Position numbers and translations under genes: made by a program | Notes under the pieces: generated by a model | The model's database searches: none | What the model was told of the DNA's origin: nothing | The model's input: only the letters and a program-made list of their open reading frames with translations | Part shown: positions 9,552 through 20,604 of the stretch, piece by piece | Numbering within the stretch: position 1 is the stretch's first letter | Layout: every line of letters starts with the position of its first letter | IMG/VR virus record: IMGVR_UViG_3300022725_000123 | Coordinates: 1-55,219 of that record | Strand: one strand, 5' to 3' | Length of the DNA: 55,219 nt | From: a virus | Lineage: Duplodnaviria > Caudoviricetes

Positions 9552-12500
9552 TTATTTATACGATAATGGCTTTTGTCTATAACTATATATTATATCATGT
9601 AAAACAAAAGACTTGTCGTTATTATTTAAAAATTCTAAATAAATATATGCATAATTTCCCATCATTCTATTTCTTGAATTTTCTTCTCTTGGTACACTAA
9701 TTCTCCATTTTCTAAATTTACGAATAGCGTTAGGACTTACAAAACCTGTATCTTGATGTTCGTTGTAAATTCTAATAGTAGACAGTGTTTCTAATAAATC
9801 ATTACCTACAATTGAGTTGTAAATAAGATTATCTAAAACGCTATTGATATAATCAAAACTTGCAATAAAAGTAATAGATGATTTTCTATAAGTTCCTGAA
9901 AACTTACCATACTCTCCAACTAAGTGTTGATTAATTACCGCATCTCCACCTATATTATTTTTTGACGAATATATTAATCCTCGATGATTGATATAATTTG
10001 GATATGCCCAATCGTAAGTAGAATGAAATCCTTGTTTAGCAAAGTTATAGGTTATTGAATATTCATTACCGTTATTACTTTCAATAAAAGACAGTAAAAC
10101 TTCTTTTTTGTTATTATCGTAATAACCTGAAATACCATTTCCTAATAAAGGGTTATCTCCACTAACCGTATCATCCACGTTGCTAAAATAAGTATACATT
10201 CCATTTAATGAAAGTGGGTTTTCAGTATTAGATAATAAATTCAAACTTTTATTAGGTAGATCATAATATATTAAACCATAAGGAGTTTTAATAATACCAA
10301 ATTGATTTAACGTACCTGATGTAGTCGTTAAATATTTATAATTATTTAGTAAAGAACCTTTACCTAATTGTACTTCTAATTCATTTGTTGAAATTTGTAC
10401 ATTAGGGTTGATACTTAATAAAGCAATTGCTTCTGGTTGAAATATATATAAATTATCTAAATACTCATTAATACTTACTATCTCACCATAATTACCATTA
10501 ACATCTAAATAATTATTTTCACGAAACTGAGTCCATGAATCTTTCACCTCTCCATTAATTTTAGCATTTGATGCTAATACCCTGTTATCATACTTTTTAA
10601 TAATTTCAAAATTTAACGGCTTTGGGAAAGCTACTGAGTATTCTTTTTGTCTATTATAAACAGGTAATGGTAATTTATATTTTGATATGGATTGATTAAC
10701 CTTTCTTAATTCAGAAAAAGTTCTATTTTCATTGTCAGGTCGTAAATCAATATTTAAAGATGTTTCAATAGGTATAAATAATGTTTCACTAAACGAAGCA
10801 TCTGAAAATTCATCACCGTTTGAAAAAAAAGCGCTTCTTAGATGATTCCAATAAGTAATAAAAGTATCCCCATCAAAAAGCTCTATTTCACTATTAGTAG
10901 TTACTATATCACTTGAAACAACTGGTTTATTTTTCAGTTTTGCTTCATAAGTATTACCACCATATTGATTATTAACAACTGTTTTGTAGTCTACAACAAT
11001 AAATTGACCAATTAAAGAAGCAGTTGTAACATTAGATAAATTAGTTTCTAATCTATTACCACTACTATAATAACCTATTTGAAAAGTTAAATTACTATTT
11101 GTTAAAGCTCTAAAATTACCAAAACCACTAGCTGTCTTAGACGCATTTATATAAGTTTGAGTACCTACTCCATTATCCATAATTTCTGTATTTGGATTAT
11201 CTACAGAACTCGTAACAGATGAAAAATTAGCTAATCCTAAGATATCTAATTTCTCAATAGCATTAGAATTCATTTTTCCTGCTTTACGAATAACAGATTT
11301 ATATCTGGTATCATTATCATCTATTAAGGTCCAAGGTTGTGAACCACCCACATTGTTAAAGAATCGAGTACCCGTAGATGGTTGTAATACACTATTTGTA
11401 TCGTACTTATCTTCAGGTGTTTCAAGTTTATTTACATCTTTTGTTTCATAAGTAGTAGACCATCTTGTTTCTAATCCTCCAACAATAGTAATGTAATCTA
11501 CATCACTTACTGAAAAATTTTGTTTATGTAATTCAACTTCAGGTGAATGAAATTGCAATGCCCATGTAGCCATTGTGTACACAGGTGCTGTTTGCATTTC
11601 AAAACCCATGCTAATACCATCATCTATAGTTAAGCCTTGATTATCATAAGAAACAGTATTTGAATCAAAATAGGTTCTTGTTAGATAAGAAGATTGTAAT
11701 CCTGCGTCAATGTAATCTTTACCAAAACCATTTGGAGGAGTGTTTAACATTGGATTTACAATTCCTTGTGCTTTTATAGATTTATCTGCTTCTGACCGAG
11801 GTTGCCTTAAAATTTGCCAACCAACAGCCGAAGAAGGCATGTTGTTAACATCTACTTTAATACCAAGTGCATTAAAAACTACTTCTTGATTTTTAATACT
11901 AGTTATTGGAAAATCATCTTGATTAGGTGTGCGTAAATCACAAATCCACTTAGGAAAACTATATTGACCTTTTTCGTTTACAAATCTAATAAACCATCTG
12001 TATACTTCATCTCGCTTTAAGCTTTTTCTATCAAATGCAAAATCACCTGCATAAGAAGAAGCATTTAAATAAGTATTTGCTTGTTGGGCATTGTTATCAG
12101 GTTTAAATTCTTTTGTTATAAACTCTATTTTAATATTTAATCCTTCTGCTCCTAATGTAGAACCATCTCCTTGATATCTAAATGTATTGTAATAAGTATC
12201 ACCTACTTCTGCTTTAACGGAAGGATTTATACAATCGTGATTTTCATCAGGTACAAAAGTAAAATTTGCGGATATTGCAAATTGAGAACCATCTCTTTGT
12301 TCAACAAATCCTTTACCTAAATTATCAAAAGAAAAAGCTCTTGCATCATAGTCGCAATCATAAAAGTTATAAGATACGTTTACTGGAAATAAAAAATTAT
12401 CCTTATCATACATGTCTTTACACGTAAAAGGATCTGAACCTAAAAGTAAACTTTCAGCTAACGAAGAATTTATTTCTTGTAAATTATTATCGTCTACAAA

Positions 12501-13382
12501 TGTTATAGAATCTGAATTTATTTCTTCTTCTAATATTAAACTTACTTCTGGTACTGAAAATTCATCAGTATAATAATATTTGTAAACATTTATAATTTTG
12601 AAAGCAGTATCAATATTGCTAATATTAATTTTAAAAGCTTTACTTACAATCTCCTCCCCACCTTTAAAGTTAGGGTTAATATTTATCATTTCTGATAGAG
12701 GAGATATTTTAGTTTCAGCACCATTTAAAGTGTAGAGGTTATAAGCATATTGTACAAATCCGGGTTTAAAATTACCACCGGGTATAGATTCTACTAACTT
12801 TGGTTTTGTTAGAGTGTAATTAGGAAAAATATCAAGAGTTATTAATTTCTTATTTATAATGTCGTCTTCAGCAACATTAATATAACGTACATAATTGTTA
12901 TTATCTGTAATATAAAACTTTTGAATATTTTGATTCTCAAAACGAGGTATTATTTTTCGCAGTGGTGTATCTAAAGACCAGTTTAAATAGTTATTATATA
13001 CTAGAGATAGTTGACTACCAACTTTCCATATTTGACCATATCCACTATCGCAAGTAAAAACATATAAATCTGAACCTATATTCTGAAAATCAAGGATTTT
13101 AATGTCCGTTAAATCAGGAATATTAATAAGCTCTGAATTTGTATACGGAATTATTTCAATTAATGTATTACTTACAACTGTTAAAAATTGATTAGCACTA
13201 TTTAAAATATCAGGTACTGTAAATTTTTGTATATTACCTTTAATATTTTTTACACTAAAGTTATTCTGAGAATCCGAATTTATAATTTCAACATTTTTAG
13301 CGTCAAAATATAAATTATCAGGATATTTTTCAGGACTTATATCTTTATTTAGTTTTTCTGGCGTTAATCTTTTTTTCATCAA
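9552..13382 (-). CDS. tail muzzle / stabilization protein (P22 gp10-like, 1276 aa)
   Basis: Size and position after the tail tubular gene; motifs QYAYNLY, SLKRDEVYRWFI, NQYGGNTY, FDGDTF, KINGEVKDSW, RKFRKWR...RMMG. Confidence 0.8.
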   Translation of the reverse strand: MMKKRLTPEKLNKDISPEKYPDNLYFDAKNVEIINSDSQNNFSVKNIKGNIQKFTVPDILNSANQFLTVVSNTLIEIIPYTNSELINIPDLTDIKILDFQNIGSDLYVFTCDSGYGQIWKVGSQLSLVYNNYLNWSLDTPLRKIIPRFENQNIQKFYITDNNNYVRYINVAEDDIINKKLITLDIFPNYTLTKPKLVESIPGGNFKPGFVQYAYNLYTLNGAETKISPLSEMININPNFKGGEEIVSKAFKINISNIDTAFKIINVYKYYYTDEFSVPEVSLILEEEINSDSITFVDDNNLQEINSSLAESLLLGSDPFTCKDMYDKDNFLFPVNVSYNFYDCDYDARAFSFDNLGKGFVEQRDGSQFAISANFTFVPDENHDCINPSVKAEVGDTYYNTFRYQGDGSTLGAEGLNIKIEFITKEFKPDNNAQQANTYLNASSYAGDFAFDRKSLKRDEVYRWFIRFVNEKGQYSFPKWICDLRTPNQDDFPITSIKNQEVVFNALGIKVDVNNMPSSAVGWQILRQPRSEADKSIKAQGIVNPMLNTPPNGFGKDYIDAGLQSSYLTRTYFDSNTVSYDNQGLTIDDGISMGFEMQTAPVYTMATWALQFHSPEVELHKQNFSVSDVDYITIVGGLETRWSTTYETKDVNKLETPEDKYDTNSVLQPSTGTRFFNNVGGSQPWTLIDDNDTRYKSVIRKAGKMNSNAIEKLDILGLANFSSVTSSVDNPNTEIMDNGVGTQTYINASKTASGFGNFRALTNSNLTFQIGYYSSGNRLETNLSNVTTASLIGQFIVVDYKTVVNNQYGGNTYEAKLKNKPVVSSDIVTTNSEIELFDGDTFITYWNHLRSAFFSNGDEFSDASFSETLFIPIETSLNIDLRPDNENRTFSELRKVNQSISKYKLPLPVYNRQKEYSVAFPKPLNFEIIKKYDNRVLASNAKINGEVKDSWTQFRENNYLDVNGNYGEIVSINEYLDNLYIFQPEAIALLSINPNVQISTNELEVQLGKGSLLNNYKYLTTTSGTLNQFGIIKTPYGLIYYDLPNKSLNLLSNTENPLSLNGMYTYFSNVDDTVSGDNPLLGNGISGYYDNNKKEVLLSFIESNNGNEYSITYNFAKQGFHSTYDWAYPNYINHRGLIYSSKNNIGGDAVINQHLVGEYGKFSGTYRKSSITFIASFDYINSVLDNLIYNSIVGNDLLETLSTIRIYNEHQDTGFVSPNAIRKFRKWRISVPREENSRNRMMGNYAYIYLEFLNNNDKSFVLHDIIYSYRQKPLSYK

Positions 13383-14086
13383 GGTTGATTTTTAAAACGT
13401 TGCGCTTTATTTAAAGTACTAAATCCTTTTTCATAAGAATAATTATCTTGTATTAACCTTGAAAGATTATTAGCAATAGATTCCATTTTACTATGAGATG
13501 GAATTTTAATTTTTGATTCCACTTGACCAATATACCAAGAACGCTGAGTATCTAAATAATTTAATTTCCTTTCAGATATTTTCTCAACCATATATAACCC
13601 TTCGGCAATAGTAAACATTATATGATACTTTACAGCGTTAATAAAAGATATGTCATTAGGTATTAAAGGAAATCCTTTTTCATCTAAAAACATTCTTTTA
13701 TAAACTATTTCAATTTCACCATCCTTAAAAGAAGTAAAAATATAATTTCCATTAAAACTGAAAGTATCTACGTCAGTATCATATCTATTTGTTTTAACAG
13801 CGTTTTCAGTAGTAGAATGATAAATATCACTAACTTCATATAAAGGTGTATTGGACTTTGTGTTTTTAATACCATCTACTAAATAAATATCTTTTGGTAA
13901 AAAACCACGATGATTTTTAATAGTAATAATAGCAGACACTCTTTCAGAAGTTTCATATCCAATTAAATATGAAAGAACATCAGAAATACTCCTTATAATA
14001 TCTGAAAAAGGAATATCTTCCGTTTGCATGGTAGCTAACGCTCTATCTATAATAGGGTAAGTTGATATGTATCCTTGTTCTTTCAT
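13379..14086 (-). CDS. tail tubular / ring protein
   Basis: YIFTSFKDGEIEIVY...DEKGFPLIP motif; precedes the muzzle gene as in crAss-like phages. Confidence 0.75.
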   Translation of the reverse strand: MKEQGYISTYPIIDRALATMQTEDIPFSDIIRSISDVLSYLIGYETSERVSAIITIKNHRGFLPKDIYLVDGIKNTKSNTPLYEVSDIYHSTTENAVKTNRYDTDVDTFSFNGNYIFTSFKDGEIEIVYKRMFLDEKGFPLIPNDISFINAVKYHIMFTIAEGLYMVEKISERKLNYLDTQRSWYIGQVESKIKIPSHSKMESIANNLSRLIQDNYSYEKGFSTLNKAQRFKNQP

Positions 14087-14613
14087 AAACTAAAGAAGTT
14101 TAAATTATTATTTTTAATAGCGTTTTTAAGTTTAATTTTATTTGATCTGGTAGGTTTAAAAGAATACTTAGAACGATTTTTAAAATTCGCTTTTCTTTTT
14201 AAATAAACATATTGAAATACTTCAAAATTTTTATTGATATATCGTATTAATGTTTTATTTTCCTTAGACTCTTTATCACTATCCCATAATTTTAAAGTGG
14301 CATCCCAATTAATAGGTAAATTGTTTAAAATAGGTTTTCCAGATTCATCTTTTTTTAAGTGCTGTTTATATTTAATTATTTTTAAACTACCTGTTCGATG
14401 AGGTAATTTTAATTCACCACCTTCTTCAATTAAGAAATCTATTATTTCATTACTTACCTCTTTTATTATTTTAGTGTACAAACGTTTTGGTATACTAAAA
14501 ATACTAGTTTTTGAATCTACATTATTTTCAATATAGTATTTATATTGTAAATCAGTTGCTATTTCTGTTTTAATACGTTCTTCTGATTTTCCTTTTCTGG
14601 CTCCTTTTGGCAT
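14083..14613 (-). CDS. IHF/HU-like DNA-binding protein (crAss conserved)
   Basis: Basic protein with GELKLPHRTGSLKI, INWDATLKLW and FKPTRSNK; conserved position upstream of the tail tubular gene. Confidence 0.7.
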   Translation of the reverse strand: MPKGARKGKSEERIKTEIATDLQYKYYIENNVDSKTSIFSIPKRLYTKIIKEVSNEIIDFLIEEGGELKLPHRTGSLKIIKYKQHLKKDESGKPILNNLPINWDATLKLWDSDKESKENKTLIRYINKNFEVFQYVYLKRKANFKNRSKYSFKPTRSNKIKLKNAIKNNNLNFFSL

Positions 14614-14643
14614 ATATTATAATATAATTTACTTATCCAACAC

Positions 14644-15285
14644 TTATCTACTCTCTGCATCATTGTCGGTATCTTCAGGTATTCTTAATTTATTTAATAA
14701 TATTTTAATTACTTCTTGCATAATTTTTAAAAACCCTTCGTTTTTTAAAGGGTAGTCAAAAGTATCTAAATCAAAATTATCACTAAAGTTCTGAACATCA
14801 AAAGGGTTTTCTAATATTAAAGTAACGTCTACATTATTCATTAGATCAATAAGGTTATTACTTGATTTTAAATATAAATAATTTTCAGTATCTAATGTAC
14901 AATAAATTAAATTAGGATAATCATATCCCGTAAAAGGAAATCTGTTAAAAGAAACTAAACTAAAAGGTATATCTGTAACATCAGTACTACTTATTTTGTA
15001 AATTGTATTTTTATGATGTAAGTTTATTGTATTTGGAATAGGTTCTGTAGACCTTAATACGTTTACAGAAGGTGTACATAATGCTTCATGTGTTACAAGA
15101 TCGACATTTAAATTTTGTTTTATTTCTTCATCTATAACCCTATTTCTTTGATTTAATTGATTTCTAATAAGCTCAGAGCGTAATAAATTAACATAAAATA
15201 TAATTTCTCTATTGTCAATATTACTATCATCAACAATTTCTCGAATTTGCTCCCTTATACTATATATTATTTCATTATATTTCAT
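14644..15285 (-). CDS. tail ring protein
   Basis: DDSNIDNREIIFYV N-terminus, ENPFD...DYPL, and C-terminal PEDTDND resemble crAss-like ring proteins. Confidence 0.65.
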   Translation of the reverse strand: MKYNEIIYSIREQIREIVDDSNIDNREIIFYVNLLRSELIRNQLNQRNRVIDEEIKQNLNVDLVTHEALCTPSVNVLRSTEPIPNTINLHHKNTIYKISSTDVTDIPFSLVSFNRFPFTGYDYPNLIYCTLDTENYLYLKSSNNLIDLMNNVDVTLILENPFDVQNFSDNFDLDTFDYPLKNEGFLKIMQEVIKILLNKLRIPEDTDNDAESR

Positions 15286-15290
15286 ATAAT

Positions 15291-16421
15291 TTAAATTAAA
15301 GGATTATCGATTACTCTGGGTAAACCATTTCTATTTTCAATAGTATAGTAACCTGCTACAGAGGTAAAACCTAAATCTTCTGAATATTGATTACCTGTAA
15401 ATAAAGCTGGATTGATGTAAGCTCTATATTTTTTATCGTCTGCTACTATTTGAGTTTCTCTTTCTTTTTTACCTCTAGTATGTAAATGACCTGATAAAAC
15501 TACTGTAAAACAATCACCTTTTTTATGAGCTAATATGATATCCGCTATGTCACCTTTAGCAAAACTTTTATCTCCGTGATGAAGAATATAGTTAATTTCA
15601 TCTATAATTGTTGAAATAACCCTAGAATGAAATATAACTGGAACTTTAGTACCTAAAAAATAAGATATGATTTTTGCTGCATCACCATCTTGATCTTCTT
15701 TATTATTAGAAGTAACACGATCATGATTACCAGCTACTATATATACCTTTTTAAGATTTTCTACTTGCTCTAAGAAACCCAAGATAAGTTCGTATGCTAC
15801 AATGAGTACATTAGCTCCATAAGCACCGGGTGCCATTGATTTCCAAGAGTTTATATGCGATAAACCTGTAAATGACTCGATAAGATCTCCAAGAATAAAA
15901 ACGTGATTTTCTTTATTATTTTCACTATTAATCTCTTCTGCAACAGTAGTTAATCGTTTAGCTAAAATAGTAATGTCAAAATCAGAAGTATTAAGTAAAT
16001 CTTTAACCATAGCACCAATATGAAAATCAGCTAAAGAGTGTACTTTAATACCACTACAATCAGTTTTTGATCTCCAAGTTTTATGTCGATTGTCATTATA
16101 ATTTTTAAGTGCTTCTAAATGCTTATCTAAATTAGCATTGTCTACTTCATTTTTTCTCTTATAAGAATATAACATTTTACCGTCAGCGCCTTGCCACATT
16201 GATTTTATTTCAAATCCATCTGGAACTTCATCCGGTTTTTTGTTATATGTAATTTCTTCTACGTTTTGAGAATTAAATATTCTAAGAGCTTTAGCGCAAT
16301 CTTTTAACGATACCTCATAGTTATATTTACTTACAAGAATTTCGTGCAATCGAAACTTACCTTCTTTCTTATAACCGGGCTTTTTTTCTAAAAAAGATAT
16401 TATTTTTTCAACGTTATCCAT
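15291..16421 (-). CDS. calcineurin-like metallophosphoesterase
   Basis: All five motifs are present: DFH, GDLIE, GNHD, HHGD, GHLH. Confidence 0.85.
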   Translation of the reverse strand: MDNVEKIISFLEKKPGYKKEGKFRLHEILVSKYNYEVSLKDCAKALRIFNSQNVEEITYNKKPDEVPDGFEIKSMWQGADGKMLYSYKRKNEVDNANLDKHLEALKNYNDNRHKTWRSKTDCSGIKVHSLADFHIGAMVKDLLNTSDFDITILAKRLTTVAEEINSENNKENHVFILGDLIESFTGLSHINSWKSMAPGAYGANVLIVAYELILGFLEQVENLKKVYIVAGNHDRVTSNNKEDQDGDAAKIISYFLGTKVPVIFHSRVISTIIDEINYILHHGDKSFAKGDIADIILAHKKGDCFTVVLSGHLHTRGKKERETQIVADDKKYRAYINPALFTGNQYSEDLGFTSVAGYYTIENRNGLPRVIDNPLI

Positions 16422-16447
16422 AAATGTTTTATTATAAAACGCTATAC

Positions 16448-16912
16448 TTAGCTGATAGTTTTAATCATACTTCTTTCATCGTCAGGATTGTATGCAACAT
16501 GAACCCAATCAGGTTGTTCTCCGTTACCATATTCCCATATTAGTTCGGTAAAAGGTAAACTGTTTTTTATATAGTCAAATAAAAGATTGTTTGCTTCAAA
16601 CCATTTATTATTTGTATTGTCAAGTAAATATAATTCACAATCCGCAGCGTAACCAAAATAATGAAAAGAAGAAGTAGTACTACCTAATTTAAGTGTTAGT
16701 TCTTTACATCTATAACCAGATGTTATTTTAATAAAAGAACCTCCTTTACCATATAATAATTCAAAATGATTTCTAGCAGGTTGTAAAACTTTTTCACACA
16801 GTACTTTAAGCCTTTTAACATGTGTAGAATTTGGTGTGTTATCTATATTAAATCTTTTAGCTGTTGCTGATTTAACAAATTCTTTTAATAAAAAATTTCT
16901 ACTTAGTCTCAT
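16448..16912 (-). CDS. peptidase M15 family endolysin (Zn D-Ala-D-Ala peptidase fold)
   Basis: LSRNFLLKEF, ITSGYRC, SFHYFGYAAD and WVHV motifs. Confidence 0.85.
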   Translation of the reverse strand: MRLSRNFLLKEFVKSATAKRFNIDNTPNSTHVKRLKVLCEKVLQPARNHFELLYGKGGSFIKITSGYRCKELTLKLGSTTSSFHYFGYAADCELYLLDNTNNKWFEANNLLFDYIKNSLPFTELIWEYGNGEQPDWVHVAYNPDDERSMIKTIS

Positions 16913-16918
16913 ATTATT

Positions 16919-18460
16919 TTAAGATATTAGTGCAACAGCGTTTACTATTGTTTCAATAGAAACAGTATTGCTTATTAATGCTTGAAATCCATTTAAATTG
17001 ATATTAGCGCCTCCCCATGTTATAGCGTCACTTCCATCAAAAGGTGTAATATGATAACTAGAAAGATTTGTAACACTATTATTTGCAGAAGAACCTGAAG
17101 AATCATATGAATTTTTATATGCAGAGTAATCAAATATCTGCTCATTTGTATCATGAATATGAATAATTCTTCGTATATTGTGATGATCGGGTGAAAAGGA
17201 TGCTGCATAAGAAGGGTCTTCAAGAGCTCCTTTCAAATCACTTACTTTAATAGCGCCTGAATTAAGCATTCCTAATCTACAAGCACCTTGATATCGAATA
17301 CCTTTACCATTATCAACTGTTGTACCATCTGAAGAAGCAAAAGTTTCTCTAACGATTCGTAAACGATAATCGTCATTATCAAATGAATCCATTGTTAAAT
17401 TAAGAAATGGCGGTAATGTTAATTGTCCTGTAGAAACACTTATCCCTGTTTGTGAGGTTTCAACATTGTTTTCTGTTGTTTGTCTAGCTGTATGATAATC
17501 TGTAATAAAAGAACCACCGGGAGTAATAAGACCAATATGATAGTTACCTTTAAAGTATACCACTCTGTTTATAATTCTAAATTGTGGAGCATCTTTATTG
17601 GTATATGGATACATACCTTGTGAAGTAAGTATATAATCTGGGAAATCAACCCATCCAGAATCATATTGCCTTTCAAATAAAGAAGTTGTATTATTACAAT
17701 TACTTAAATCAATTTGACTTTCATCTACATCTAGTGTTACATAATTTCCACCATCAATTTTATTAATTTTAGCAGTAGTTCTTATAGCACCAGTACTAGA
17801 ACTATTTCCAATATAATTTGCAGTAGCTCCCGAATCTACAGCTACTTTATTGTTATCACTAGATGGTAGTGTTGCCCACTTTAAACCTTTTGGCTCACTT
17901 GAATCAGGTGTTAAATACTGACCATTTGTACCAACAGGTAATCTACTATTTGAAGTATCATAAATGTATAAATCTCCTTTTGTGGTAAGTGGAGATTTAA
18001 TACTAGTTTCTAAAAGACCACTTACAATATCAAAACTATTGCCTAATTCTAAAAAAGAAGCATCTGTATCAAAATATAACACTGATCTATTAACAGGTGA
18101 AGATAAACTTTTACCTATTCCTCCTTTATTTAAACCTAATACTCCATCTAAATTATTTATATCAATCTCTGTTTCATCAACATCGAAAGTTAAATCTTCG
18201 GCATTTTCAACAATTGTTAACTTTAAAGTACCTTTTAAACTTCTAAAATTTAAATCTTTGTTGTTAGTTTTATTTTTAAATACTTTTTTACCAGTACCAA
18301 GATTACTAGCACCTACTAATATTTCTTGAAAATTAAATTTAATATTTTTACTTGATATTTCGTCAACCCCTACTACAAAAGTATCATTTTTTCTTAATGC
18401 ATTATTAAGATCACTATATAAATAAGTATCAAATTCTGAAAATTTTGTTGATGAACTCAT
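16919..18460 (-). CDS. tail fibre/spike protein
   Basis: LTTKGDLY...RLPVGTNGQYL...GLKW fibre repeat; YDSGWVD and FRIINRVVYFKG motifs. Confidence 0.65.
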   Translation of the reverse strand: MSSSTKFSEFDTYLYSDLNNALRKNDTFVVGVDEISSKNIKFNFQEILVGASNLGTGKKVFKNKTNNKDLNFRSLKGTLKLTIVENAEDLTFDVDETEIDINNLDGVLGLNKGGIGKSLSSPVNRSVLYFDTDASFLELGNSFDIVSGLLETSIKSPLTTKGDLYIYDTSNSRLPVGTNGQYLTPDSSEPKGLKWATLPSSDNNKVAVDSGATANYIGNSSSTGAIRTTAKINKIDGGNYVTLDVDESQIDLSNCNNTTSLFERQYDSGWVDFPDYILTSQGMYPYTNKDAPQFRIINRVVYFKGNYHIGLITPGGSFITDYHTARQTTENNVETSQTGISVSTGQLTLPPFLNLTMDSFDNDDYRLRIVRETFASSDGTTVDNGKGIRYQGACRLGMLNSGAIKVSDLKGALEDPSYAASFSPDHHNIRRIIHIHDTNEQIFDYSAYKNSYDSSGSSANNSVTNLSSYHITPFDGSDAITWGGANINLNGFQALISNTVSIETIVNAVALIS

Positions 18461-19128
18461 AAATTATAATTTATTCCCGCTATTACACCGGGTCCTAATT
18501 GAACTCCATTATTAATAAATATACCGTAACCAGCTGAAAAACCAATTTGTATTTTCTTTTTGTTATTTTTAACTTTATACGTTTTCAAAGTAGTAATTGT
18601 AGCATAAGGATTACGATTAGTTATTAACGCAAAAGGAACTTTTTTAAACAAAGTTTTTCTTTCTTCACCTATAATTAGTGAATATTCATTTTTAAAATCT
18701 AATTTAAATTTTAAACTATCTGTAACAATTCCAGATAATGATAACCATTTATCAACATATCCAAAAGTAGTTGTATCTTTATTCTTAACAACGTTAGTAG
18801 TTTTTTCAATAACTATAGTATCATTAAAAACAGTAACTGAACCACCTTTTTTAATTTCAGATTTATATTTTTTTACTAGAGTTTTAAGTCTTTTGTTTTC
18901 TTTTGATTTAACATTTACATTCTCTAGTAACTTTGTATTTTCTGTTTGTAGTATTTCTGTCTTATGGCTAACTTCTCCTAATTTATTTTTAGTTTCAACA
19001 ACTTTTGAATTTAAAGCATTAATATTAGATATAGCATCTTTTTTATCATTTAAAGCTTTAAAATATCTAAAACCTAAAAAAATTACAACAATAGTTAAAA
19101 TTATATTTAATATGAAAGATTTTTTCAT
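18457..19128 (-). CDS. putative spanin-like membrane protein
   Basis: N-terminal TM helix, coiled coil, and C-terminal beta-strands (IGFSAGYG...GINYNL); near the endolysin. Confidence 0.5.
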   Translation of the reverse strand: MKKSFILNIILTIVVIFLGFRYFKALNDKKDAISNINALNSKVVETKNKLGEVSHKTEILQTENTKLLENVNVKSKENKRLKTLVKKYKSEIKKGGSVTVFNDTIVIEKTTNVVKNKDTTTFGYVDKWLSLSGIVTDSLKFKLDFKNEYSLIIGEERKTLFKKVPFALITNRNPYATITTLKTYKVKNNKKKIQIGFSAGYGIFINNGVQLGPGVIAGINYNL

Positions 19129-19165
19129 AATTATTTTGCTTTTATAATTGTTTTATGATTACTGT

Positions 19166-19438
19166 TTATTTCATTTGCTCATTGCTTAGAGGAGTTTTAA
19201 AATTGATAGCCAAAATCATACCGCCTATGGCGCTGAATATTGCAATAGCAACGGTCATTTTGCCCAAATTTATTTTGACAGTCTTTTCCAAATTAGAAAT
19301 ACGATTCTCATTAGTCTTTAATTGTGCTATGGCCCCTTCTTGACCGGTGTTTTTATCGGTATACATATAGTGCTTGAGCGCTTCTACTTCGCTTTTGATA
19401 TTGCGTATTTCTAATAATATTTCCTGCTCTTTAGTCAT
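19166..19438 (-). CDS. small coiled-coil protein with C-terminal TM helix (lysis-module-like)
   Basis: ENRISNLEK coiled coil followed by hydrophobic VAIAIFSAIGGMILAI. Confidence 0.5.
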   Translation of the reverse strand: MTKEQEILLEIRNIKSEVEALKHYMYTDKNTGQEGAIAQLKTNENRISNLEKTVKINLGKMTVAIAIFSAIGGMILAINFKTPLSNEQMK

Positions 19439-19444
19439 ATTATT

Positions 19445-19720
19445 TTAAGCTTCTTGTTTAGTTTTAATTTTACTTTCAATCCAGGATAATGCCTTATTAC
19501 CTATTTCGGTAAAAAATTGCTTGGGGTTGCCGTAGGTAAATACGCCGCCGGCTATAAAGGCCAGTAAGCAATGCCATTGCTTCACTTCATAACCTACCTG
19601 ATTATCAATATTGATCCATCCAAAAAACAATAGCGTAGCCAATACCATAATGGCCATCCCCCAGGCGGTGCTAAACCATTCCTCTATTTCGCAGCGCAAT
19701 TCTTTAATCGTCATTTTCAT
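19445..19720 (-). CDS. two-TM membrane protein, holin candidate
   Basis: Two hydrophobic helices and a basic C-terminus. Confidence 0.45.
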   Translation of the reverse strand: MKMTIKELRCEIEEWFSTAWGMAIMVLATLLFFGWINIDNQVGYEVKQWHCLLAFIAGGVFTYGNPKQFFTEIGNKALSWIESKIKTKQEA

Positions 19721-20103
19721 AGTTTGCTGATTCTTGTAGTTTTAAACCGTCGGCCACCAAATAGACGAACCGCATAATAGGCTACTTTAGCCCGGCGCTG
19801 ATCTATTCCATAATCCTTGAGCATGGTGTAAAAGAGCGCATCAATCAATAAGCGATTGCTGAAAGGCACCCCGTAGCGATATAGATAATCATGCACCAAG
19901 GCCGCTTCGCGATTAATACCATCGGGAAGCATACCGAATACACTCCAAGTCCATCGCGGAGCACTGCCGCCATCATACTCAAAGCCCGAAGGTACCACTA
20001 TACTACCGTGACTTACGTGGCTGGTAAAAGTCTGATCTAAGCGGTAGCCTTGCCCTTGGTTAGGTATTAATATGGGAACAATATGAGCTTGGGGTAGCTG
20101 CAC
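19717..20103 (-). CDS. DUF1353-like protein
   Basis: VPSGFEYDGGSAPR...AALVHDYLY...AVRLFG signature. Confidence 0.8.
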   Translation of the reverse strand: MQLPQAHIVPILIPNQGQGYRLDQTFTSHVSHGSIVVPSGFEYDGGSAPRWTWSVFGMLPDGINREAALVHDYLYRYGVPFSNRLLIDALFYTMLKDYGIDQRRAKVAYYAVRLFGGRRFKTTRISKL

Positions 20104-20107
20104 TGGT

Positions 20108-20602
20108 TTATTGGTAAAATTTATTTTGACTATCTAGCTTGGCTATCTGCGCCCGTATCAAAGGTATGATATCAATTTGCCCACTACTTACCGTTTGGTA
20201 AAGCAGGTTGTATTGACCTAGAGTACCGAGACTATCTATCTTGCTTACCAGCGCACCTTGTTCATTGGCTATACTATCCTGGGGACTAGCTTTATCGCCG
20301 CTGGGGTAATACTGCTCCTCATTATTAAGAGTTTGCACTACGCGGTAACTATATATAGCACGGGTGCCGCTATAATTGTGTACTTGAAAGTATATTTTGA
20401 ACTGCTTTTGCCGCATGTTCCAAAATACATTGGTAACCTGAACATAGCGCTCAAAGCCGGTTACCGTATCGTTGCTGATCTTTTCGGCAATTTGATTGCT
20501 TTGGTTAAGCCTTTTCACTACGGTATCTACCGGGGCTTGCTGAGCGGTAGCGCTTACGGCAAATGTTAAAGCTAAGGCTATTAATAAAATTACTTTTTTC
20601 AT
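20108..20602 (-). CDS. secreted protein with Sec signal peptide
   Basis: Signal peptide MKKVILLIALALTFAVSATA|Q. Confidence 0.6.
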   Translation of the reverse strand: MKKVILLIALALTFAVSATAQQAPVDTVVKRLNQSNQIAEKISNDTVTGFERYVQVTNVFWNMRQKQFKIYFQVHNYSGTRAIYSYRVVQTLNNEEQYYPSGDKASPQDSIANEQGALVSKIDSLGTLGQYNLLYQTVSSGQIDIIPLIRAQIAKLDSQNKFYQ

Positions 20603-20604
20603 GG

